64,000 nucleotides of DNA from an uncultured Acidobacteriota bacterium. Its GTDB lineage: Bacteria > Acidobacteriota > Thermoanaerobaculia > Multivoradales > UBA5704. The position numbers were made by a program, and so were the translations under genes. The notes beneath the pieces were generated by a model. It ran no database searches, was not told the DNA's origin, and was given only the letters and a program-made list of their open reading frames with translations. Every line of letters begins with the position of its first letter. Positions within the stretch are counted from its first letter, which is position 1. Location of the stretch: assembly GCA_963700145.1 (NCBI GenBank), contig OY969474.1, positions 1,248,001-1,312,000 on the forward strand. Reading direction: 5' to 3'. Shown here one piece after another: positions 56,416 through 64,000 of the stretch.

Positions 56416-57462
56416 CTAACGCGGGTCGCGATGATACGCCAGCGCGTGGAAGCGGCGGCGGCGGCGGTTGATCGGCACGGCGGCGCTGGTGCGGTGGGCG
56501 AGGAAGACGAGCACGCGCCCCGCCTCGGGATCGATCCAGAGGTTGCCGCCCGGAAAGCCGGTATGCCCGAAGGCGCTCGGCGGCAGGCAGGGCCCGCCCC
56601 CTTGGAGCGTCCGCCGCCGCCACCAGCCGAGCGCGAAGCGCGTCCCGCCGCCGCGCGCCCGCGCCACCGCCTCAGGCGTCAACAACGCGCCCGGCCGCAG
56701 CCATTCCGCGCCCAGCCGGAAGAGCGCTTCGGCCGGGCCGAAGAGCCCGGAGTGGCCGGGGAAGCCGCCGAGGAAGCGGGCGTTGCCGTCGTTGGGGATG
56801 CCGGGGGGCGGCGGCGGCAGGAGGTCGATCGCGAGGCCTTGCTCGGCGGCGAGGCGGACCTCCTTGGCCGTGTCGCAGCGGCAGACCGCGACGTCGGGCC
56901 GGTCGCCGGGCACGTCCTCGACGCCTTCGATCCCGAGCGGGCGGAGGACGCGCTCGGCGAGCAACGGCAGGAGCGGCCGCCCGAGGAGGCGCTCGGCGGC
57001 GAGCCACCAGACGATGAAGTCGAGGTCGCTGTAGGTGCCCCGCCGCTCGCCGAGCAGCGTCCCGCCGAGGAGCAGCGGCTCGACCTCCGCCGGCTCGCGG
57101 CAGAGGTGGTAGAGCGGCGCCCAGTGGCGCACGCCGGCCTCGTGGCGGAGGAGGTCCTCGAGCGTGCGGCGGGCGAGCGCGGGGTGGGATGCGGGGAGGG
57201 CGTCGCCGACAGCGGTGTCGAGCGGCAGCTCGTTGCTCGCGTCGAGGATGAGGGCGAGAGTGGCGATGAACGGCTTGACGAGCGAGCCGTAGTCGAAGCG
57301 AGTGGCGAGCGTCGCCGGCCGGCCGGGCCGCGCCTCGCCGGCGAGGCCGGTCCAGGCGATACCGCCGGCGCCGCCGACCATCCCGGCCGCCGCGCTCAGC
57401 TCGCCGGCGGCGACGAGGTCGTCGAGGTAAGCCTGCAGACGCTCGCCCGCCGCCTTTGTCAT
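56416..57462 (-). CDS. Serine hydrolase, beta-lactamase family
   Basis: SLVK (SxxK), LLRHEAG, YSD, FGHTGF; start MTKAAG lies within the REP arm. Confidence 0.85.
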   Translation of the reverse strand: MTKAAGERLQAYLDDLVAAGELSAAAGMVGGAGGIAWTGLAGEARPGRPATLATRFDYGSLVKPFIATLALILDASNELPLDTAVGDALPASHPALARRTLEDLLRHEAGVRHWAPLYHLCREPAEVEPLLLGGTLLGERRGTYSDLDFIVWWLAAERLLGRPLLPLLAERVLRPLGIEGVEDVPGDRPDVAVCRCDTAKEVRLAAEQGLAIDLLPPPPPGIPNDGNARFLGGFPGHSGLFGPAEALFRLGAEWLRPGALLTPEAVARARGGGTRFALGWWRRRTLQGGGPCLPPSAFGHTGFPGGNLWIDPEAGRVLVFLAHRTSAAVPINRRRRRFHALAYHRDPR

Positions 57463-57573
57463 CCCGAGCGAGAGCGAGGGATCTGGGCGGGGGGCGGCAC
57501 GACGAGCGCCCCGTGTTCGAGAGGTCTTCACGCCACCCTTCCCCCAGATCCCTCGCTCACGCTCGGGATGACA
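57457..57573. repeat. Palindromic REP/REPIN-like element (GTCATCC...GGATGAC family), copy 1
   Basis: TGTCATCCCGAGCGAGAGCGAGGGATCTGGG...CCCAGATCCCTCGCTCACGCTCGGGATGACA. Confidence 0.85.
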
Positions 57574-57592
57574 GGCGTTGCGCTTCGGGCCT

Positions 57593-58759
57593 TCACTGGT
57601 AATTCCCCGGGTGGCCGGTCTGGAAGACGACCACCCGCTCCCCTTCAGCAAGCTCTCCCGCCGCCGCCAGGTCGTCGAGGGCGGCGAGCGCCGCCGCCCC
57701 TTCCGGACCGATCAGCAGCCCGGCCCGCGCCGCCCGCACCGTCACCTCCGGCAGCCGCGCCTCGTCGACCGCCAGCGCCCGCCCATCCGTCTCGCGCAGC
57801 GCGCGCAGCACCAGGAAATCGCCGAGCGCTCGCGGCACGCGCAGGCCCCAGACGCGCGTTTGCGGATCCTGCCAGGGCGCCGCCTTCTCCGCGCCGGCGG
57901 CGAAGGCGCGCACCAGCGGCGCGCAGCCGGCGGCCTGCACGACGACGAAGCGCGGCCGGCGGCCGGCGACCAGCCCCAGCCGCTCCAACTCGGCGAAGGC
58001 CTTGTGCATGCCGACGATGCCGGTGCCGCCGCCGGTCGGGTAGACGATCCACTCCGGCAGCTCCCAGCCGAATTGCTCGGCGACCTCGAAGCCCATCGTC
58101 TTCTTTCCCTCGACGCGGTAGGGCTCGCGCAACGTCGAGAGCGTCCAGTAGCCATCGTCGCCGGCGAGGAGCTTCGCCGCCTCGACCAGCGTGCCGGGCG
58201 CGGTCAGCACCTCCGCGCCGTGGGCGCGGCAGCGGGCGGCGACGGTCTGCGGCGTGTCCTCGGGGAGGGCCACTCGCGCCGGCAGGCCGGCGGCGGCGGC
58301 GTAGGCGGCGAGCGCGAGGGCGGCGTTGCCGGCGCTGGCGAGCTGCACGCCCGGCGCGCCGAGCTCGCGGGCGCGGTTGACGGCGAGCGAGAGGCCGCGC
58401 GCCTTGAAGGAGCCGGTCGGGTTCCCCGCCTCCTCCTTGAGCCAGACGCGCACGCCGTCCGGCGCCCAGCCGCGCAGCGGGACGAGCGGCGTCCCCCCTT
58501 CGCCGAGGTCGACGCGGCGGGCGGCGTCGCGCAGCGGCAGCAGCTCGCGGTAGCGCCAGAGGGTCCAGGGGCGGGACGGCAGGGCGCGGCGGAGCGCGGC
58601 GCCGCGCGCGGCGTCGAGGTCGTAGTCGACCAGCCACGGGGCGCCGGCCGGCGAAAGGAACGCGGGCTCGTCGAGCGGGGCGGCGGCGCCGGTGCGGGAG
58701 CAGACGAGGCGTCGCGCCCAGCGCTCGCCGGGGTCGGTCTCCGGCGGCGCGGCGGTCAC
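57593..58759 (-). CDS. thrC: Threonine synthase (PLP)
   Basis: LWRYRELLP, LGEGGTPL, NPTGSFKARG, SAGNA, EGKKTMG, YPTGGG. Confidence 0.88.
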   Translation of the reverse strand: MTAAPPETDPGERWARRLVCSRTGAAAPLDEPAFLSPAGAPWLVDYDLDAARGAALRRALPSRPWTLWRYRELLPLRDAARRVDLGEGGTPLVPLRGWAPDGVRVWLKEEAGNPTGSFKARGLSLAVNRARELGAPGVQLASAGNAALALAAYAAAAGLPARVALPEDTPQTVAARCRAHGAEVLTAPGTLVEAAKLLAGDDGYWTLSTLREPYRVEGKKTMGFEVAEQFGWELPEWIVYPTGGGTGIVGMHKAFAELERLGLVAGRRPRFVVVQAAGCAPLVRAFAAGAEKAAPWQDPQTRVWGLRVPRALGDFLVLRALRETDGRALAVDEARLPEVTVRAARAGLLIGPEGAAALAALDDLAAAGELAEGERVVVFQTGHPGNYQ

Positions 58760-59508
58760 GGCTCCCGCGGCGCGGCGGTCGTGGGCGGCTCGCCCGGCAG
58801 CTCTTCGCCGTGGCCGGTGGAGAAGCGCTCCTCGGGCGTCTGCACGGCGCGGATGCGGTCGCGGTATTTCGCCACCAGCGCGACGTTGTGGCGGAGCGCC
58901 TCGCCGGCCGACTCGGCCGGCGTCTCCGCCCGGCCGCGCATCTCCGCGAGCTTGCGCTCCAGCTCGGCCCGCCGCGCCGGGTCGGCGACCGCCTGCTTCT
59001 GCGCCTCGAGGAACTGCACGTACTCGTCGCGCCCCTCGGCGAGCTGGGCGTTGACCCGCTGGGTCAGCTCGGCGAGGAGCGCCGCGGTCACCCGCTCCTC
59101 CACCCACTGGTACTCCTTCGGGTTGTGCTTCAGCTCCTGGGCCGCGCGCAGGTTGGCGGTGGCGATGTCGGCCGCGTCCCCCACCGCCTGCACCGCCTCG
59201 AAGAGGCCCATCTCCTCGCCTTCCTTCTTGGCCTCGGCGGACTTCTTCTCCAGCTCCTTGCCCGCCACCTCGCGGATGCGCTTGCCGCGCTGGCGCACCG
59301 CCAGGTACATCTCGATCTGCGCGTCGGTGAGCTTGCCGTCCGCGGGCGGGTCGTACTGCGCCGCCGCGACCTCGTCGAGGACCTCCAGCGTCCCCTTCTC
59401 CTTGAGCGCCTGCTGGACCGCGGCCTCGTCCTCCGCCGGATCCTTGCGGCAGGCGGCGGTCGCGAGGAGGAGGGCGGCGGAAGCGGCGGCGAGACGGCGG
59501 CGAGTCAT
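58756..59508 (-). CDS. Helical lipoprotein
   Basis: Signal peptide with lipobox-like TAAC; helical A/E/K-rich body. Confidence 0.75.
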   Translation of the reverse strand: MTRRRLAAASAALLLATAACRKDPAEDEAAVQQALKEKGTLEVLDEVAAAQYDPPADGKLTDAQIEMYLAVRQRGKRIREVAGKELEKKSAEAKKEGEEMGLFEAVQAVGDAADIATANLRAAQELKHNPKEYQWVEERVTAALLAELTQRVNAQLAEGRDEYVQFLEAQKQAVADPARRAELERKLAEMRGRAETPAESAGEALRHNVALVAKYRDRIRAVQTPEERFSTGHGEELPGEPPTTAAPREP

Positions 59509-59580
59509 GGGGCGAGGATGTTAGCGCACGCCCGGCGCCGATCGGTTAGGATCGACGCAACTTAACAAGGGGAGGGTGCC

Positions 59581-59985
59581 ATGGCACCTCAGGTGACCGA
59601 ACCGAATCGCTTCGAGCTGCGTCTCGGCGGCACGACCATCGTCTACACCACCAGCAGCATCGCCGGCCAGCCGACGCTGAGCCTCGACGAGGACGGCAAT
59701 TCGCGGAGCTGGAGCGGCAGCGAGATCGAGCGCGAGGAGACGTCGCTCGGCGCGCTGGTGACGGTGACGCTGGACTTCATCGCCGACTTCAAGCGGGACA
59801 CGCTCAGCCTCCTGCTGCCGGAGATCCACCTGCCGCAGGACGGCGGGAGCTCCGACTTCACGGCGATCGTCATCTGGACGACTCACCGCACCAGCATCGG
59901 CGGCCCGCAGCTCGTGGAGGGCCCGATCCAGGTCTACACCTGCGTCAAGACCTTCCACGGCACGGCGCAGCAGGTCGCTTTCTAG
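59581..59985 (+). CDS. Hypothetical beta-rich protein
   Basis: GGGGAGG SD; GC3-biased 134-aa ORF. Confidence 0.7.
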   Translation: MAPQVTEPNRFELRLGGTTIVYTTSSIAGQPTLSLDEDGNSRSWSGSEIEREETSLGALVTVTLDFIADFKRDTLSLLLPEIHLPQDGGSSDFTAIVIWTTHRTSIGGPQLVEGPIQVYTCVKTFHGTAQQVAF

Positions 59986-61232
59986 CGGTCGGGCGAGTCG
60001 GTGCGGCCGGCGAGGGCCTCGAGGTAGGCGGCGCGGTAGCGGGCGGCGATCGCGTCCCAGGTGAGCTCGCGCTCGGCCTTCCGCCGCCCCGCCTCCCCCA
60101 TCGCCCGCCGTTCTTCGGGATTGGCGAGCAGGCGCAGGAGGGCGGCCGCCAGGGCGGCGGCGTCCCCTTCCGGCACGAGGAGGCCGGTGCGACCGTCCTC
60201 GACGGCGAGCGGGATGCCGGAGATCCCCGAGGCGACGACGGGGAGGCCGCTCGCCATCGCTTCGAGGATGACGTTGGGGAGGCCGTCGACGTTGCCCTTC
60301 GAGTCGTGCACGGCAGGCAGCGTGAACACGTCGGCGGCGCGGAAAAGATCGGGTAGGGCATCGTGCGCCACCGTCCCCGGGAAGTGGATGCGCTCGGCGA
60401 ACGGTGCCGCCGCCGCGCGCAGCTCGGTGAGCCGGTCGCCGCTGCCGGCCAGGACGATGTGAGTCTCCGGGTGCGCCGCGAGGATCGCCGGGGCTGCCCG
60501 TAGAAGCACGTGGAAACCCTTCTTCGTCGCCAGCCGGCCGACGCCGAGCAGCAGCGGCGCGCTCTCCGGGACGCCGAGCCGAGCGCGCCACGCTCCCCTA
60601 CCCGAGCCTTGCGGCGAAAACGCCGCGACGTCCACGCCGTAAGGGATGACCCGCGCCCGCTCGGCGGGAAACCCCAGCGCGCAGACCCGCTCGACCAGCT
60701 CCGGCGAGCAGCCGGTCAGGAGCCGCGCCCGCGCCAGCACCCGCCGCGCCGGGGCGCGGTAGGGCGGCCGCTCGGCCAGGAAGACATCGCTGCCGTGCAG
60801 CCCGACGGCGAGGGGCGTGCGCCGCGGCCGCCCGGGCGCGGCGACGGCGTTCGGCACCAGCCAGTGGGCCTGGTAGAGGTCGAAGCGCCCCCGCGCCAGC
60901 AGGTGCCGCACCGCCCGCCGCGCCGCCAGGGCGTAGAGCGGCGCCACCGCCAGCGCCGCGCCGCGCACCCGCTCGTCGGCCTCGAGGCTCCGGCCGTACC
61001 CCAGCCGCTCGGCCCGCGCCGGCGCGTAGCGGAAGGTGCGGACCTCGACGCCGGCGTCCTCCCAGCGCGCCGGCAGCCCCGCGGCGTGCGGCGCCACGAC
61101 CGTCACCGCGTCGCCGCCGCGCACCAGCGCCGCGGCGAGGTCGCGGATGAACGGCCCGCTGGGGTCGCCGGGGTGGCGCGGGAAGGTCTGGGTGAGGAAG
61201 AGGAGGGCGAGGCGCGACGGCGGCGCGGTCAG
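59982..61232 (-). CDS. Glycosyltransferase family 4; probable CTG start
   Basis: LFLTQTFPR..D.SGPFI N-terminus lies upstream of the ORF-track start; GRL..KKG, DGLPNVILEAMASGLPVV. Confidence 0.88.
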   Translation of the reverse strand: MTAPPSRLALLFLTQTFPRHPGDPSGPFIRDLAAALVRGGDAVTVVAPHAAGLPARWEDAGVEVRTFRYAPARAERLGYGRSLEADERVRGAALAVAPLYALAARRAVRHLLARGRFDLYQAHWLVPNAVAAPGRPRRTPLAVGLHGSDVFLAERPPYRAPARRVLARARLLTGCSPELVERVCALGFPAERARVIPYGVDVAAFSPQGSGRGAWRARLGVPESAPLLLGVGRLATKKGFHVLLRAAPAILAAHPETHIVLAGSGDRLTELRAAAAPFAERIHFPGTVAHDALPDLFRAADVFTLPAVHDSKGNVDGLPNVILEAMASGLPVVASGISGIPLAVEDGRTGLLVPEGDAAALAAALLRLLANPEERRAMGEAGRRKAERELTWDAIAARYRAAYLEALAGRTDSPDR

Positions 61233-62215
61233 TCCAGGTGCTCCTTGACCGAGTAGCTGTCGGGGCGGCGGAAGTTCTTGAAGGTGAACATCTCGCCGAG
61301 GAGGCCGGTGGTGAGCACCTGGATGCCGAGCAGCATGAGCAGCACGCCGAAGAGCAGCAGCGGCCGGTTCGACAGGTCCTCGCCGCCGAACCAGAGGACC
61401 GCGAGGTAGAGGTTGATGGCGAAGCCGGCGGTCAGGAAGAGAAGGCCGAAGGCGCCGAAGAGGTGGAGCGGCCGGCGCGTGTAGCGGGTGATGAAGAGCA
61501 CGGTGATGAGGTCGAGGAGGCCCTTGTAGAAACGGTCCCAGCCGTACTTGCTCGTCCCCGCGCGGCGCGGGTGGTGCGCGACCTCGATCTCCCCCACCGA
61601 GAAGCCGCGCCGGCTGGCCAGCACCGGGATGTAGCGGTGGAGCTCGCCGTAGACCGCGATCTGCTCGAGCACCTCGCGGCGGTAGACCTTGAAGCCGCTG
61701 TTGAAGTCGTGCAGCGGCACCTGCGCGAGCTGCCGCGTCACCCAGTTGAAGAGGCGCGACGGCAGCCGCTTCGAGACCGGGTCGCGCCGCCGCCGCTTCC
61801 AGCCGGAGACCAGGTCCAGGTCCTTCTCTTCCAGCGTCGCGAGGAGGCGCGGGATCTCCTCCGGCGCGTCCTGGAGGTCGCCGTCCATGGTGATCACCAG
61901 CTCGCCGCGGGAGTGGTCGAGCCCGGCCGAGAGCGCCGCCGCCTTGCCGAAGTTGCGGCGCAGGCGGAGGAGCTTGACCCGCGGGTCGGCGGCGTGGGCC
62001 TCGCGCACCCGCTCAGGGGTGCCGTCGCGCGAGCCGTCGTCGATGAAGAGGAGCTCGAAGCTGCGGCCCAGGCCGTCGAGCACGGCCGCCGTGCGCCGCG
62101 CCAGCTCCCCGACCGTCCCCGCCTCGTCGAGCACCGGCACCAGCACGCTCACCTCCAGCGGCACCGGCCGCGGCAGGCTCGCCGGGTCGCGCAGCGGGAC
62201 CGGCTGGGAGCTCAT
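61229..62215 (-). CDS. Glycosyltransferase family 2 (ArnC/DPM1-like)
   Basis: DDGSRDGT, RRNFGKAAAL, MDGDLQD, DFNSGFK, GELHRYIP; two C-terminal TMs. Confidence 0.92.
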   Translation of the reverse strand: MSSQPVPLRDPASLPRPVPLEVSVLVPVLDEAGTVGELARRTAAVLDGLGRSFELLFIDDGSRDGTPERVREAHAADPRVKLLRLRRNFGKAAALSAGLDHSRGELVITMDGDLQDAPEEIPRLLATLEEKDLDLVSGWKRRRRDPVSKRLPSRLFNWVTRQLAQVPLHDFNSGFKVYRREVLEQIAVYGELHRYIPVLASRRGFSVGEIEVAHHPRRAGTSKYGWDRFYKGLLDLITVLFITRYTRRPLHLFGAFGLLFLTAGFAINLYLAVLWFGGEDLSNRPLLLFGVLLMLLGIQVLTTGLLGEMFTFKNFRRPDSYSVKEHLD

Positions 62216-63525
62216 AGCGGTGATTGTACGCCCGGCGCCTCGCGCCGCCGGAAGAGGAAGATCACGAGGCCTGCAACGATCGCGACGGCGCCGGCGATCA
62301 GGTTCCGCGGCTCGGCGCTGCCGACCAGGACCAAGCAGACCAGGACGGCGGCGATCGGGATCAGCGGCCCGCCGGGCAGGCGGACCGTCCCCGGGAGCGA
62401 TGCCAGCTTCCGGCGCAGGATCGGCACGGCAGCGGCGGTGCCGATGTAGGTCGCCAGGCGCGCCACGACCGAGAGCGCCGCGAGCTGGACGAACGTGCCG
62501 GTCAGGGCGAGCGGCAGCGCCACCAGCGCCTGCAGGACCACGGCGTTGGCCGGCGTGCGGAAGCGCGGATGGACGCGGGCGAGGAAGCGCGGGCCGAAGC
62601 CGTCCTCGGCCAGGGCGAACAGGTAGCGCGGGCCGGAGAGCATGGTGTTGCCGTTGGTGCCGAGGATCGAGAGCACGGCACCGAGGGTGAGCAGCCACCC
62701 GCCCCAGCCGCCGAGGAAGAGCCGGGCGGCGTCGGCGAGCGGCGTCTCCGAGTCCGCGACTCCGGGCAGGGTGCCGAGCGCCACGAGCTGCACCGAGGAG
62801 TAGATGAGCGTCACCAGGACGATCTGCGTGATGAGGGCGAAGGGCACGTCGCGGCGCGGGTTCTTGAACTCGCCGGCCGGCGCGGCGGTGTTCTCGAAGC
62901 CGGCGTAGGCAAAGAGGAGGAGGAGCGCCGCCTCGCCGAGCGACCCGGCGCCGGTGGGCTCGGCGCCGGCGAGCGTGGCGCGCGAGAAGTAAAAGGCGCC
63001 GGCGACGACGAAGATCAGCAGCGGGACGATCTTGCCGATCGCCAGTACGACCGCGGTGCGCGCTCCCGCCTTGACGCCGACGACGTTGATGACGGTGAGG
63101 GCGAGGACGGGCAGGGCGATCGCCAGCCCGCGTCCCACCCCTTCGCGCGCCGCTGGCAGCAGGTAGCCGAGCGCCTGCGCGAAGCCGGCCGAGAGCGACG
63201 CCACCGAGGCGACGCGCGCCAGCCAGGTCATCCAGCCGACCTCGAAGCCGACCAGGTCGCCGAAGGCGGTGCGGGCGTAGAGGTAGGCGCCGCCGGGGCG
63301 GTCGAAGTAGCTCCCCGCCTCGGCGAAGCAGAGGACGATCAGGAGCACCGCGAAGCCGGCGGCCACCACCGCCCAGACGCTCGCCGCGCCGAGGATCGCC
63401 GCCGCCGCCGCCGGCAGCAAGTAGACGCCGCTGCCGATGACGTCGTTGAGCGACAGCGCCACGATCTCCCAGCGCGAGACCACGCGCCGCAAGGCGGCCG
63501 TGCCTTCGACCCTCGGTTCGGCCAA
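62212..63525 (-). CDS. APC-family amino acid permease
   Basis: IGSGVY.LP, GGAY.Y, FAYAGFE, GEFKNPRRDVP; multiple TMs. Confidence 0.92.
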   Translation of the reverse strand: MAEPRVEGTAALRRVVSRWEIVALSLNDVIGSGVYLLPAAAAAILGAASVWAVVAAGFAVLLIVLCFAEAGSYFDRPGGAYLYARTAFGDLVGFEVGWMTWLARVASVASLSAGFAQALGYLLPAAREGVGRGLAIALPVLALTVINVVGVKAGARTAVVLAIGKIVPLLIFVVAGAFYFSRATLAGAEPTGAGSLGEAALLLLFAYAGFENTAAPAGEFKNPRRDVPFALITQIVLVTLIYSSVQLVALGTLPGVADSETPLADAARLFLGGWGGWLLTLGAVLSILGTNGNTMLSGPRYLFALAEDGFGPRFLARVHPRFRTPANAVVLQALVALPLALTGTFVQLAALSVVARLATYIGTAAAVPILRRKLASLPGTVRLPGGPLIPIAAVLVCLVLVGSAEPRNLIAGAVAIVAGLVIFLFRRREAPGVQSPL

Positions 63526-63609
63526 TCGAATCCTCCTCGGAAGAGTCGCGGCATCATAGCGGCTCCGGCGTGTCTACTAGCGGGTTGTAACACGCGAACG
63601 ATTAGTCCT

Positions 63610-63711
63610 GTCATCCTGAGCGAAGCGAAGGATCTGGGCGGGGGAAAGCGCGGGGCCCAAGGACTTCGCGCCCACCCTGCCCCCAGATCCTTCGCTCTCG
63701 CTCAGGATGAC
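63610..63711. repeat. Palindromic REP/REPIN-like element, copy 2
   Basis: GTCATCCTGAGCGAAGCGAAGGATCTGGG...CCCAGATCCTTCGCTCTCGCTCAGGATGAC. Confidence 0.85.
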
Positions 63712-63753
63712 CTTGCTAAGCATTCTCCCGTTACAGGCCGCTAGAATCGGGTC

Positions 63754-64000
63754 GTGGACCGGGACCGCCTCCTCGCCGACTTCCGTGCCGTCCGCTCGAC
63801 GACGATCGAGCTCTGCCGGCCGCTGCGGCCGGAGGACTACCGCGTCCAGTCGATGCCCGACGTCAGCCCCCCGTGGTGGAACCTCGGCCACACCACCTGG
63901 TTCTACGCCAAGAACGTGCTCGAGCCGTTCGGCCGCGGCGCCGCGGAGGACGCGCGCTACGAGTACGTCCTGAACTCCTACTACGAGTCGCTCGGGCCGC
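63754..64000 (+). CDS. egtB: Ergothioneine sulfoxide synthase (5' part; runs off the window)
   Basis: Hand translation: VDRDRLLADFRAVRSTTIELCRPL.PEDY.VQSMPDVSP.WW.LGHTTWF...NSYYESLG. Confidence 0.8.
   Translation, partial: MDRDRLLADFRAVRSTTIELCRPLRPEDYRVQSMPDVSPPWWNLGHTTWFYAKNVLEPFGRGAAEDARYEYVLNSYYESLGP

Noticed and set aside
55336-58380. 1014-aa + strand ORF
   Set aside because: Antisense to the thiolase, hydrolase and thrC genes; no recognisable motifs.

Overview
Very GC-rich bacterial chromosome segment. It is probably Acidobacteriota (Thermoanaerobaculia-like), judging from an ADOP-type duplicated ABC permease and the lipid A gene lpxC; this assignment is inference. Most of the window is a dense backbone of housekeeping, envelope and signalling genes (rnhA, alpha-carbonic anhydrase, REC-lpxC, desaturase, menC/NAAAR, creD with a two-component system, thiolase, thrC, glycosyltransferases, partial egtB). 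Three accessory blocks of visibly lower GC stand out. (1) About 39.9-42.7 kb: a minimal cyanobactin-like RiPP locus with one PatA/PatG-type S8 protease and two small precursors. The precursors share a leader (MRxPTQSxPAxR...GVxP) but have opposite cores, one cationic with 8 Cys and one polyacidic with SGEYDE repeats. (2) About 15.2-21.2 kb: a candidate anti-phage island with a stand-alone Mrr-like nuclease coupled to a STAND ATPase-TPR gene, which is cleanly split by an IS256 element with an 8-bp target duplication. (3) About 53.0-54.4 kb: a DUF4062-2TM plus TM-coiled-coil pair. Other notable features are a 12x20-bp palindromic tandem array, an MscS-FHA/pseudokinase pair, REP-like palindromes, an ECF42-type promoter, two probable CTG starts and a 47-aa membrane protein missing from the ORF track. 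All functional calls rest on motif recognition by eye; no database searches were run.
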